Below, piece by piece: positions 19,018-28,411 of a stretch of 64,000 nt of DNA. Each line of letters opens with the position of its first letter. The first letter of the stretch is position 1. Both the position numbers and the translations under genes were made by a program. This DNA comes from an uncultured Bacilli bacterium. Its GTDB lineage: Bacteria > Bacillota_I > Bacilli_A > RF39 > UBA660. The notes under the pieces are model-generated. The model was given only the letters and a program-made list of their open reading frames with translations, made no database searches and was not told the origin of the DNA. The stretch covers positions 10,145 to 74,144 of the forward strand of contig CANRPP010000001.1 in assembly GCA_947632545.1 (NCBI GenBank). The letters run 5' to 3'.

Positions 19018-20109
19018 ATGGGATTATTTAGTAAAATAAAAGACATGTTTAAAAAAGAAGAACAAGATGAAAATATATTAAACGAGAGTATTGAAGAAGA
19101 ACAAAAAGAAGATAATAACTCTTTAGAAACTATAGAAAAAAGTAACAAAAAAAATATAAAAAAGAAAAAAGATAAGACTAAAGAAGAAGTAAAAATATAT
19201 GAAAAAGGTTTAACTAAATCAAGAGAAGGATTTGTATCAAAATTAGCTAATTTAACTAATAAATATGCCAAAGTAAATGAAGAGTATTTTGAAGAATTAG
19301 AAGAAATATTAATTATGGCTGATATTGGTGTTAATACCGTAATGGAATTTATGGATAGGTTAAGAGATAGAGTTAAAAAAGAAAAAATCGATGATCCTGA
19401 ACTATTAAAAGAATTAATAGTTGATGAATTGTTTATTATTTATGTAAACGATGAAGTATTAGTAAATAAAATTAATTATGCAGAAGAAGGACCTACAGTT
19501 ATTTTATTTATAGGAGTAAATGGAGTAGGAAAAACAACAACTATAGGAAAACTTGCTTATAATATGAAAGAAGAAGGTAAAAAAGTTCTTCTAGTAGGAG
19601 CTGATACTTTTAGAGCGGGTGCTATTGAGCAACTTCATGAATGGGGAGAAAAAATAGGAGTAGATTTCTATTCAAAAGAAGAAGGAAGCGACCCTTCAAG
19701 TGTAGTTTATGATGGAGTAGAAAAAGCTAAAGATGGAAATTATGATGTAGTTTTAATAGATACCGCAGGACGTCTTCAAAATAAAGTTAATCTAATGAAA
19801 GAATTAGAAAAAATGAATAAAGTAATTACTAGTTTAATAGATGGTGGTGCTCATGAAACACTATTAGTAATTGATGCCACTACAGGACAAAATGGTATTT
19901 CCCAAGCTAAAAGTTTTAAAGAGATAACAAATATAACAGGAATAGTACTTACCAAATTAGATGGAACTGCTAAAGGTGGAATAGTTTTAGCAATAAAAGA
20001 AGAAGTAAATTTACCAGTTAAATATATGGGTTTAGGAGAAGCTAAAGAAGATTTAAAAGTATTTGATATAGAAAAATATATTTATGGTTTATTTAAAGAC
20101 TTTATGTGA
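19018..20109 (+). CDS. ftsY: Signal recognition particle receptor FtsY
   Basis: Acidic/basic N-terminal region followed by an SRP GTPase NG domain (GVNGVGKTTTIGKLA, DTAGRL, TKLDGTAKGG). The start at 19018 sits behind GTGGGTGA. Confidence 0.95.
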   Translation: MGLFSKIKDMFKKEEQDENILNESIEEEQKEDNNSLETIEKSNKKNIKKKKDKTKEEVKIYEKGLTKSREGFVSKLANLTNKYAKVNEEYFEELEEILIMADIGVNTVMEFMDRLRDRVKKEKIDDPELLKELIVDELFIIYVNDEVLVNKINYAEEGPTVILFIGVNGVGKTTTIGKLAYNMKEEGKKVLLVGADTFRAGAIEQLHEWGEKIGVDFYSKEEGSDPSSVVYDGVEKAKDGNYDVVLIDTAGRLQNKVNLMKELEKMNKVITSLIDGGAHETLLVIDATTGQNGISQAKSFKEITNITGIVLTKLDGTAKGGIVLAIKEEVNLPVKYMGLGEAKEDLKVFDIEKYIYGLFKDFM

Positions 20110-20116
20110 GGTTAAT

Positions 20117-20410
20117 ATGGAAGAATATATATATTATAATGATTTATATGATTGTTATTATAAGTTACTAACAGAAAAACAAAAAAATTATTTTGAAGAT
20201 TATTATTTTTCTAATTTGTCTTTAAGTGAAATTGCAGATAACTATAATGTTAGTAGAAATGCAGTACATAAACAACTTCAAATTATTGTAAAAAAATTAA
20301 TTGAATATGAAGATAAATTATGTATATATAAAAATAAAAAGGAATTGGAATCTATATTAGAAGAAACTAATATTAATAAAATAAAAAATAGATTAGAAAA
20401 ATTAATTTAA
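20117..20410 (+). CDS. ylxM: YlxM/UPF0122 HTH protein (SRP operon associated)
   Basis: About 97 aa with LLTEKQKNYFEDYYFSNLSLSEIADNYNVSRNAVH, the typical sigma-70 region-4-like HTH of YlxM. It lies between ftsY and ffh. Confidence 0.8.
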   Translation: MEEYIYYNDLYDCYYKLLTEKQKNYFEDYYFSNLSLSEIADNYNVSRNAVHKQLQIIVKKLIEYEDKLCIYKNKKELESILEETNINKIKNRLEKLI

Positions 20411-20415
20411 AATTA

Positions 20416-20443
20416 ATAGAGTTAAAAACTACTCTATTTTTTT
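20416..20443 (+). terminator. Rho-independent terminator after ylxM
   Basis: TAGAGT...ACTCTA stem followed by T7. Confidence 0.65.
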
Positions 20444-20532
20444 AATTATAGAGTAATCTTTTCTTGTAAAAATAATAGAAGTTTAGTATAATTTAATATA
20501 GAATAATAGACTTAAAGAATAAGAGGGATAGT

Positions 20533-22701
20533 ATGTTTGATAGAATTACGTATATTAGTGATAAATCTGCCGATATTAAATTAAAAGATGGAGAAGAAGT
20601 AGCCATTAACTTAATGAATTTACACTTGATATTTGAAGATAAAGACAAAAAAGTATTAGGTGAAATTGATGATATGGACGGAAATATTGTTAAAGCAAGA
20701 TTTCTAGGTGAAATAGTTAATGGTAGACTAATTGGTGGTGTTATTAGAAAACCATCACTTGATGCATCAATTAGAGTAATAAAACAAGAAGAAATACCTA
20801 TGATTGTAGGAGAAGCTAAAGAAGGATATATGCCATTAGGTGTAAGTCCATTTTATAATGACTTTCCAGTATATTTAAATGTTAATAATTTCTTTAGTAA
20901 TCACTTTGCTATATTAGGAAACAGTGGTGCAGGTAAGAGTTGTGGTGTGTCAAGATTAATTCAAAATATGTTCCAAGACAAACAACTATATCCATATAAA
21001 TCAAATATGTTCTTCTTTGATTCTTCTGCTGAATATTACAATGCCTTTAAGGATTTAAGTTCAATAGATCCAAATTTTAACTATAAATTTATTTCAACTA
21101 ATGAAACAGACGGTATAGGAGAAAAATTAAGAATTCCAATATGGTTATTAAATGTTGATGATTTATGCTTACTACTACAAATAACAAATCATTCTCAAAT
21201 ACCTATAATAGAAAGAATGCTAAAACTAGCCCTTATCTTTGCAGAAAAAGGAGAACAAGCTAATGCATTTAAAAATCATTTAATTGCAAAAGCAGTAATG
21301 GCAATACTATATACAAATGAAACAAGTCCAAATAAAAGAAATGAAATATTTTCAATATTAGATAGTTGTTCAACTCCTGAATTTAATTTGGAAGCACCTG
21401 TACAAGGAATTGGTTATACAAGAAAATTTAGAGAATGTTTTATAATAGATTCACAAGGACAATTTTCAGAAAGTGTTTTATTAACTGAATACGTTTCAAG
21501 TTTTATAAATGAAGAATTTGATAATTATGAACCAAAAGGTGGAGTATTCTATACTTTAGATGATCTAGAAAAAGCCCTTAATTTTACACTTATTAGTGAA
21601 GGGTGGTTAAGAAATGAAAATACATATGGTGATGCAGTAACAATAAGAGTTAGATTACATTCACTAATAGTTGGTGATAATGCTAAATATTTTGATGTTA
21701 AAGATTATGTTACTGTAGAACAACATCTATCATCATTATTAATTAGTAATGGCAAAAAATATCAAATAGTTAATATGAATTTTGATGACGTAGATGATTC
21801 ATTTGCAAAAGTAATTGTAAAAATATACTCAAGATTAATTTTTGAATATTCTAAATCTCTAAAAGATAGAGCGAGTATTCCATTTCACATAATAGTAGAA
21901 GAAGCACACAGATATATTCAAAATGATACTGATAGATTTTTAATTGGCTATAATATATTTGAACGTATTGCTAAAGAAGGTCGTAAATATGGTGTTTTAT
22001 TAGGAATTATAACACAAAGACCAGTAGAATTATCAGATACAGTTATATCTCAATGCTCAAGTTTCTTAATATTTAAAATTAATCACCCAACTGATGTTGA
22101 TTACATAAGAAAAATGGTTCCTAATATTAGTGATGAAATTATAGAAAAACAAAAAACATTACAACCTGGTACTTGTTTGGGATTTGGTATGGCTTTTACA
22201 ATTCCTTTAATAGTTAAATTAAAAATGCCAGATCCAGCACCTTTAAGTGGTAACTGTGATGTTGTAAATATATGGTCTGGAAAGGATAATTCAACAGTTA
22301 ATATAAATAATGCACCAACAAATACAAATGAAATGCAAAAAATGCCGTCAACTATAAATCAACCTACTGAATCAGTATTATTAAATGATGAACCAGTAAA
22401 TAATGAAGTTCTTATAAAAACTGATAATAAAGAAATTAATCAATCACTAGAAGAAGACAAGATAAATGCACCTAATAATGATATGGTAAATACAATAAAC
22501 AATTCAAATTCTAATAAAGACAATGATCCAAATTTTTCTACTCCCATAATGCAAAATACTGAAATATCAGGTATACCTGAAATGGATATAAATAACTCAT
22601 CTCCAAAAATTACATCAATATCAGATAATAACAATATAGGTTCATTAAATATTGATGATGTAATAAATGGGCCTGATGCAGATGATAATCAAGAAGAATA
22701 A
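20533..22701 (+). CDS. HerA/FtsK-superfamily (DUF87-like) ATPase with a long Asn/Pro/Ser-rich C-terminal tail
   Basis: N-terminal HAS-barrel-like region, Walker A ILGNSGAGKSCGVS, Walker B FHIIVEEAHRYI and GIITQRP. The last roughly 150 aa are low complexity. Confidence 0.7.
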   Translation: MFDRITYISDKSADIKLKDGEEVAINLMNLHLIFEDKDKKVLGEIDDMDGNIVKARFLGEIVNGRLIGGVIRKPSLDASIRVIKQEEIPMIVGEAKEGYMPLGVSPFYNDFPVYLNVNNFFSNHFAILGNSGAGKSCGVSRLIQNMFQDKQLYPYKSNMFFFDSSAEYYNAFKDLSSIDPNFNYKFISTNETDGIGEKLRIPIWLLNVDDLCLLLQITNHSQIPIIERMLKLALIFAEKGEQANAFKNHLIAKAVMAILYTNETSPNKRNEIFSILDSCSTPEFNLEAPVQGIGYTRKFRECFIIDSQGQFSESVLLTEYVSSFINEEFDNYEPKGGVFYTLDDLEKALNFTLISEGWLRNENTYGDAVTIRVRLHSLIVGDNAKYFDVKDYVTVEQHLSSLLISNGKKYQIVNMNFDDVDDSFAKVIVKIYSRLIFEYSKSLKDRASIPFHIIVEEAHRYIQNDTDRFLIGYNIFERIAKEGRKYGVLLGIITQRPVELSDTVISQCSSFLIFKINHPTDVDYIRKMVPNISDEIIEKQKTLQPGTCLGFGMAFTIPLIVKLKMPDPAPLSGNCDVVNIWSGKDNSTVNINNAPTNTNEMQKMPSTINQPTESVLLNDEPVNNEVLIKTDNKEINQSLEEDKINAPNNDMVNTINNSNSNKDNDPNFSTPIMQNTEISGIPEMDINNSSPKITSISDNNNIGSLNIDDVINGPDADDNQEE

Positions 22702-22702
22702 T

Positions 22703-22727
22703 AAAAACTAGTTTATCTAGTTTTTTT
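22703..22727 (+). terminator. Rho-independent terminator after the ATPase gene
   Basis: AAAAACTAG-tttat-CTAGTTTTT followed by a T-run. Confidence 0.8.
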
Positions 22728-22754
22728 GTTGTATAATATTTAATAGGTGATAAT

Positions 22755-24062
22755 ATGTTTGAAAGTTTAGGAGATAGATTACAAAATGTAATGCATAAGG
22801 TTAAAGGTTATGGGATAATAACAGAAGATAATATATCAGATATGATGAGAGAGATAAGATTAGCCTTATTAGAAGCAGATGTTAATTATAAAGTTGTAAA
22901 AGAATTTACTAAAGAAGTAAAAGAAAAAGCCTTGGGTGAAGAAGTTAGAAAAAGTATTAAACCAGGTGATATGTTTGTAAAAATAGTTAAAGATGAATTA
23001 ACTGAATTATTAGGTGGAGAAAGTGTTCCTCTAAATTTAAAAGGAAATCCTGCAACACTAATGTTAGTAGGACTTCAAGGTAGTGGTAAAACAACAACTA
23101 TTGGAAAATTATCAAACTTACTTAGAAAAAAACATGCTAAAAAACCTCTTTTAGTGGCTTGTGATGTATATAGACCTGCTGCTATAGATCAATTAAAACA
23201 AATAGGTAAACAATTAAATATAGAAGTATATGAAGAAGGTAAAAAAGATCCAGTAGAAATATCAAAGAATGCTATTAATTACGCTAAAGAAAATGGTTAT
23301 GATTACGTTTTGATAGATACCGCAGGACGTCTTCATATTGATGAAGAATTAATGATAGAGTTAGAAAATATAAGAACAGAAATAGATCCAGATGAAATTT
23401 TATTAGTAATTGATTCTATGATGGGACAAGATGCTATTAATGTTATAAATGGGTTTAATGATAAATTACCCCTAACAGGTGTTATCTTAACTAAATTAGA
23501 TGGTGATACAAGAGGTGGTGTTGCCCTATCAGTAAGACATATTACTAATGTACCAATAAAGTTTATTGGTGTTAGTGAAAAAATGGATGGAATAGACTAT
23601 TTTGATCCTGAAAGAATGGCTGGTAGAATTTTAGGTATGGGTGATATCGTATCACTTGTTGAAAAAGCAACAGAAGCAATTGACGAAAAAGAAGCAGAAA
23701 AAACAGCTAAAAGAATGCAAGCAGGTAAATTTGATTTAGAAGACTTTTTATCAACAATGAAACAAATGAAAAAACTAGGCCCCCTAGAGAATTTATTAAA
23801 ATTAATTCCAGGTGCTAAAAAAATGGGACTTAATAATGTAAAAATAGATCCTAAAGATATGGCTCATATAGAAGCAATAGTATTATCAATGACACCAAAA
23901 GAAAGAAGAAATCCTGATATTATAAAAGCTAGCAGAAAAACAAGAATCGCTAAAGGTAGTGGAAGGTCGGTACAAGAAGTTAATAAACTATTACAACAAT
24001 TTGATCAAATGAAAAAAATGATGAAGCAAATGTCTAATGGTAATTTTAAACTGCCATTTTAA
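22755..24062 (+). CDS. ffh: Signal recognition particle protein Ffh
   Basis: 435 aa with an NG domain (GLQGSGKTTTIGKL, DTAGRL, TKLDGDTRGG) and a Met-rich M domain. Confidence 0.97.
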   Translation: MFESLGDRLQNVMHKVKGYGIITEDNISDMMREIRLALLEADVNYKVVKEFTKEVKEKALGEEVRKSIKPGDMFVKIVKDELTELLGGESVPLNLKGNPATLMLVGLQGSGKTTTIGKLSNLLRKKHAKKPLLVACDVYRPAAIDQLKQIGKQLNIEVYEEGKKDPVEISKNAINYAKENGYDYVLIDTAGRLHIDEELMIELENIRTEIDPDEILLVIDSMMGQDAINVINGFNDKLPLTGVILTKLDGDTRGGVALSVRHITNVPIKFIGVSEKMDGIDYFDPERMAGRILGMGDIVSLVEKATEAIDEKEAEKTAKRMQAGKFDLEDFLSTMKQMKKLGPLENLLKLIPGAKKMGLNNVKIDPKDMAHIEAIVLSMTPKERRNPDIIKASRKTRIAKGSGRSVQEVNKLLQQFDQMKKMMKQMSNGNFKLPF

Positions 24063-24135
24063 AATAATATAGGCATAATATATATGCAATAAACCTATTC
24101 GCGAATAAAATAGACTAGATAGGAGGAAAGCATAT

Positions 24136-24339
24136 ATGTTTGGAAATACAAATGAATTCGAAATGAATTCAAATATTGCTGGTAACAATAATGTTATCGA
24201 AAACGAAATGAATGTTGACATTGATATGATAAATGGACAACAAAATGAAATTAATGGTGGTATGGCAGCTCCAATAACAGAAGCTGTTCAAGAAAGATGT
24301 GTTCATAGAACAATCGTACATGAAGTACCACAAGTGTGA
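24136..24339 (+). CDS. cotD: CotD-family spore coat protein, 5' segment (gene interrupted by an intervening element)
   Basis: RBS AGGAGGAAAG. The ORF ends ...ERCVHRTIVHEVPQV* at the element junction, and the His/Val/Cys-rich style continues in the orphan frame at 28770-28899. Confidence 0.6.
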   Translation: MFGNTNEFEMNSNIAGNNNVIENEMNVDIDMINGQQNEINGGMAAPITEAVQERCVHRTIVHEVPQV

Positions 24340-24346
24340 TAATTTA

Positions 24347-24356
24347 TGATAGACTA
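24347..24356. repeat. Left terminal inverted repeat TGATAGACTA
   Basis: Exact reverse complement of 28744-28753, positioned 14 bp from the shared CA at 24331-24332. Confidence 0.7.
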
Positions 24357-24466
24357 AAATTTGAAGATAGATAAGTCAAACTAAAGACATTTTGATAATA
24401 AATGTCTTTTTATGGTATAATTGATAGAGAATAATTAATAAATGTTAATTTGAAAGGATAATCGAT

Positions 24467-24904
24467 ATGAATAGTAAATATGAATTTTTTATAGCAGGTA
24501 GAGCTAGGAATAAAGAAAATATTTTAAAGATATGTAATTTGTTTGATAAATACAAAATATCTTATTATTGTTTTTTAAAAAATGAAGATGATTGGGGATA
24601 TGGAAATAAAAATCAAACTCCCGAAGAAAAACAAAAAGAGTTTGAATCACTAGGATTAAAAAATGATATTGTTTTAAAATTATTTAATGATGATTTAGAA
24701 GGAGAAAAAAATTCAAAAAATTTACTACTTGTTTTACCTGCAGGTAAGGCAGCACATATTGAATCAGGAATTGCATATGGATTAGGGAAAAAATGTTATG
24801 CAATTGGAGAGTATGAAGCAACAGATACACTATATAATATTTTTGAAGAAATATTTTCAAATGAAAAAGAATTAGAAGAATTTTTAAAAGAATATAATAA
24901 ATAG
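24467..24904 (+). CDS. Nucleoside 2-deoxyribosyltransferase-like fold protein
   Basis: 145 aa with N-terminal FFIAGRARN and PAGKAAHIESGIAYGLGKKCYAIG, matching the (D/x)xGTxxExGxAxxLGK catalytic-Glu pattern of the NDT-like superfamily. Confidence 0.5.
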   Translation: MNSKYEFFIAGRARNKENILKICNLFDKYKISYYCFLKNEDDWGYGNKNQTPEEKQKEFESLGLKNDIVLKLFNDDLEGEKNSKNLLLVLPAGKAAHIESGIAYGLGKKCYAIGEYEATDTLYNIFEEIFSNEKELEEFLKEYNK

Positions 24905-24934
24905 AACAATAAAAGCTGGAAAGTGGGTGAATTT

Positions 24935-25687
24935 ATGAATATAAATAAAATAAAAAATGAATTAATTAACCAAAAACAATCTAAATTTAAGGGTAATATA
25001 TATCATTATTCACAAGTTAATTTTGCTTATAATTCAAATAAAATCGAAGGTAGTAAATTAACCAGTGAACAGACTGAGGCAATATTTGATACATCTTCTT
25101 TTATTCCTAAAAGTGATGATTTAATTAAATTAGATGATTTAACTGAATCTAAAAATCATTTTAAACTATTTGATTATATGTTAGATAATGTAGATGAACT
25201 CTTAACTAAAGATATGATAATTGAAATGAATAAGATATTAAAAAGAAATACCAGTGATGAAGAAAATCCTAGATATAATGTTGGTGGATTTAAAGTTGTT
25301 CCTAACATTATAGGTGTTGTTAATGTTATTAATACTACTGCACCAGATGATGTTGAAAAAGAAATAGAAAAATTATTAAAAGAATATAATTCTAAAAACA
25401 ATATTACTCTAGAAGATATAGTTGATTTTCATTTTAGGTTTGAAAGAATTCACCCTTTTGGAGATGGAAATGGGCGTGTAGGCAGAATAATAATGTTTAA
25501 AGAATGTTTGCGAAATAACATTATGCCATTTATTGTATTAGATACTGATAAACCTTATTATATGAGAGGTTTAAAAGAATATGAAAATGATAAAATGTTT
25601 TTAATTGATACTATAAAACATGAACAAGATTTGTTTGAAAACACTTGTCGTGAATTATTAAATTTTGAAATAGGAAACAATAATTAA
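24935..25687 (+). CDS. Fic-domain protein (class II, N-terminal inhibitory motif)
   Basis: Fic motif HPFGDGNGRVGR, with the upstream inhibitory (S/T)xxxE(G/N) as SNKIEG. The ATG at 24935 sits behind GTGGGTGA. Confidence 0.85.
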   Translation: MNINKIKNELINQKQSKFKGNIYHYSQVNFAYNSNKIEGSKLTSEQTEAIFDTSSFIPKSDDLIKLDDLTESKNHFKLFDYMLDNVDELLTKDMIIEMNKILKRNTSDEENPRYNVGGFKVVPNIIGVVNVINTTAPDDVEKEIEKLLKEYNSKNNITLEDIVDFHFRFERIHPFGDGNGRVGRIIMFKECLRNNIMPFIVLDTDKPYYMRGLKEYENDKMFLIDTIKHEQDLFENTCRELLNFEIGNNN

Positions 25688-25765
25688 ACGTTCTATAAAA
25701 ATAATTTAATTATTAAAATTAATAAAAAGTTAATATTATTTAATATAAACAATATAATTAACTAG

Positions 25766-26296
25766 GTGATTATATTGAACTGTAGAGTTGATAAACCATA
25801 TCCAGAAATTAAAGTGGAAAAAAAGAATATTGAATATGCAAAATTATTACTTAATGATTATGCATCTGCAGTAGGTGAAGATAGGGCAATACATCAATAC
25901 ATATATCAAAATTTTGATAAATTTAATGAGGATCCAGTGTTTGCTAAAACATTATCACAGATTGCTATGGTTGAGATGAAACATTTAGAACTTTTAGGTG
26001 AAACCATTAAATTATTAGGTATAAATCCAGAGTTTAGATTTGTAGATAAGAATACAAATTATTTAGTTTATTGGAATAGTAGTTATGTTAATTATACTAC
26101 TAATATAATTGAGATGTTAAAAAGTGATATTTTAATAGAAAAAGAAGCAATTAAAAACTATAGATACCATATTAGTATAATAAATGATAAATATATAAAA
26201 GCATTACTTTATAGAATAATAGAAGATGAACAGATGCATATAAAATGTTTTAATATGTTACTTAATAGAGTAATTTATGGGAATAACTATTCATAG
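25766..26296 (+). CDS. Ferritin-like (CotJC / manganese-catalase-like) protein
   Basis: YPEIKV...AKLLLNDYASAVGEDRAIHQYIYQ...EMKHLELLGETI...IEDEQMHI shows ExxH di-iron-type motifs and a CotJC-like N-terminus. The start is uncertain (GTG 25766 or TTG 25775). Confidence 0.45.
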   Translation: MIILNCRVDKPYPEIKVEKKNIEYAKLLLNDYASAVGEDRAIHQYIYQNFDKFNEDPVFAKTLSQIAMVEMKHLELLGETIKLLGINPEFRFVDKNTNYLVYWNSSYVNYTTNIIEMLKSDILIEKEAIKNYRYHISIINDKYIKALLYRIIEDEQMHIKCFNMLLNRVIYGNNYS

Positions 26297-26374
26297 AAAA
26301 AATCTACATTTGTAGGTTTTTTATTTCTAAATTTATATTTAATTTAATAAGTTTTAATAAGGAGTTTGAAACTT

Positions 26375-26527
26375 ATGAATAAATATAATATTAATATTAT
26401 TTATGATAAGGATAGTAATAATACCATAAATGATATTTTTATAAAAGTTTTGGCTATAGAGTTAAAAAAATATTTAGCGAGTTGTAAAAACAAATTATCT
26501 TTAAATGAAGGAGATAAAAATTGTTAA
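26375..26527 (+). CDS. Small 50-aa ORF translationally coupled to the recombinase gene
   Basis: Not in the ORF track. AAGGAG lies 9 nt upstream of ATG 26375, and the stop overlaps the recombinase TTG start (AATTGTTAA). Confidence 0.35.
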   Translation: MNKYNINIIYDKDSNNTINDIFIKVLAIELKKYLASCKNKLSLNEGDKNC

Positions 26528-28089
26528 ATAGTTTAAATAGAATATATAATGTTGGAATTTACATAAGATTATCTCGTGAAGATGATGATAAAACTGAAAT
26601 GAGTGAAAGTATTATAAATCAAAAAAGTTTATTATTTCAATACGTTAAAGAAAATAATTTGACAGTTTATGATACTTATATTGACGATGGGTATAGTGGA
26701 ACAAACTTTGATAGACCAAACTTCAATAGATTACTTAAAGATATAGAATTAGGTAAAGTTAATATGGTTATTACTAAAGATATGTCAAGACTTGGACGAG
26801 ATTATATTGGAACCGGTAATTTAATAGAAAAATTTTTCCCTGAACATAATGTTAGATATATTGCTGTTACTGACAATATAGATACTTTTTTAGATAGTTC
26901 TAATAATGATATCGCACCATTTAAAGCTATAATGAACGATATGTATGCAAAAGATATTTCAAAGAAAATTAAATCTAGTTTAAAGGCAAAAATGAAAGAA
27001 GGCAAATGGGTAGGTGGAAGAGCTCCATTTGGATATGATCAAGATAAAAATGACAAAAATCATTTAGTAATAAATAAAGAACAAGCTGATACTATTAAGA
27101 GAATATTTACTATGTGTTTAGAAGGTTTATCATTTTATAAAATAGCAAAACAGTTAACTTCTGAAGGAATAAAAACTCCTGCAGAGTATTATAGCTTTGA
27201 ATGGAAAAGTCACTATAATTTAAAGTATGGACAGTGGCATCCTAAAACAATAAGAGATATTCTAACAAATAGAATGTATATAGGTGATATGGTACAAAAT
27301 AGAAGAAGTAAAATAAATTATAAAGTAAAAAAAGTAATTAAAAATAGTGAAAGTGATTACATAATAGTAGAAAATACCCATGAAGCAATTATTGATAGGG
27401 AATTATTTTATGAAGTCCAAAAAAGAATACCTAAAAATGTAGGTAGAAAAGAAAAAAAAGAAAACCATTTACTAGATGGACTTTTATATTGTGGTGATTG
27501 CGGACATCGAATATCAATTACTTCCAGAAGAAGAAAAGATAATAGATGTTATACGATTTGCAATTATTACAGAACTTATATGAATAAAAAGATATGTACA
27601 ACTCATTCAAATAATTATGATGAGTTAGAGAAAATAATTATTAATTCCTTGACTAAAATGTGCCTAAATTATATTAGCAAAGATAAAATTAAAAATAATG
27701 TTTTATCTAATTTAGAAGAAAATAACGAATTTAATAATAAAAAAGAACTAGAAATACTTAATAATGACATTAAACAAATTAATGATAATTTAGATCTTAT
27801 TTATATTGAAAAGTTAAATAAAAAAATTACTGCAGAACAATATGAAAGAGTTAAATTAAAACTAGAAAATAAACTTTCTATAAAACAAAAAAAGTATAAT
27901 GAGTTAAATAATGATATTAATGATACAATGACTGAGAAATCCAAAAATAAAATTATAGTAGAATATATTAATAAATTTTTATCTATGAAAGACCCTAATA
28001 GAGAACTTATAGTTAATCTAATTGATAGAATAGAAATATTTGAAGATAAGAATATAAATATTAAGGTTACATTTAATAATATGTATTAA
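26521..28089 (+). CDS. Large serine recombinase
   Basis: 522 aa with an N-terminal resolvase catalytic domain (VGIYIRLSREDDD, with the catalytic Ser, and VITKDMSRLGRD), a recombinase domain, a Cys-rich zinc-ribbon region (CGDCGHR...C...C) and a C-terminal coiled coil. Confidence 0.9.
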   Translation: MLNSLNRIYNVGIYIRLSREDDDKTEMSESIINQKSLLFQYVKENNLTVYDTYIDDGYSGTNFDRPNFNRLLKDIELGKVNMVITKDMSRLGRDYIGTGNLIEKFFPEHNVRYIAVTDNIDTFLDSSNNDIAPFKAIMNDMYAKDISKKIKSSLKAKMKEGKWVGGRAPFGYDQDKNDKNHLVINKEQADTIKRIFTMCLEGLSFYKIAKQLTSEGIKTPAEYYSFEWKSHYNLKYGQWHPKTIRDILTNRMYIGDMVQNRRSKINYKVKKVIKNSESDYIIVENTHEAIIDRELFYEVQKRIPKNVGRKEKKENHLLDGLLYCGDCGHRISITSRRRKDNRCYTICNYYRTYMNKKICTTHSNNYDELEKIIINSLTKMCLNYISKDKIKNNVLSNLEENNEFNNKKELEILNNDIKQINDNLDLIYIEKLNKKITAEQYERVKLKLENKLSIKQKKYNELNNDINDTMTEKSKNKIIVEYINKFLSMKDPNRELIVNLIDRIEIFEDKNINIKVTFNNMY

Positions 28090-28116
28090 TTTAGATATAA
28101 TAATATTAAAATGTAA

Positions 28117-28146
28117 TTGACAAAATGTATATACATTGTATATACT
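28117..28146 (+). promoter_or_regulatory. mazEF promoter with an embedded 14-bp perfect palindrome (probable operator)
   Basis: TTGACA (28117-28122), an 18-nt spacer, then TATACT (28141-28146). The spacer contains AATGTATATACATT (28124-28137). Confidence 0.5.
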
Positions 28147-28168
28147 ATAAATGAATGGAGATGATTCT

Positions 28169-28411
28169 ATGGAAGCAAGACTTCAAAAATGGGGAAATTC
28201 TTTAGGAATTAGAATTCCTAGTAATATTTTAAAGTCATTAAATATAAAAACTAATGATATATTAAATATAGAACTGGATGATAACAAAATAGTTATTAGC
28301 GTACCTCAAAAAAAGAAAATATCATTAGAGAAAAGATTCAAAGAATATAATGGAGAAAATTTGGCAAAAAATTTTTCTTGGGATGAAAGCGTAGGAAAAG
28401 AAATATGGTAA
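28169..28411 (+). CDS. mazE: MazE/AbrB-fold antitoxin
   Basis: MEARLQKWGNSLGIRIPSNILKSL is the SpoVT/AbrB swapped-hairpin motif. The gene overlaps mazF by 7 nt, and I prefer the ATG at 28169 behind GGAGATGA. Confidence 0.85.
   Translation: MEARLQKWGNSLGIRIPSNILKSLNIKTNDILNIELDDNKIVISVPQKKKISLEKRFKEYNGENLAKNFSWDESVGKEIW

Noticed and set aside
20411-22754. I asked whether the HerA-like ATPase gene is part of a prophage or ICE insertion.
   Set aside because: I could find no integrase, flanking direct repeats or phage/conjugation genes. Only terminators bracket it, so it is reported as an orphan gene rather than a mobile element.
24074-24082. CATAATATA upstream of the cotD 5' segment, which resembles the sigma-K -10 element (CATA---TA).
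   Set aside because: No AC -35 element lies at the proper 16-17 nt spacing, and such strings are frequent in AT-rich DNA. I keep it only as a lead.
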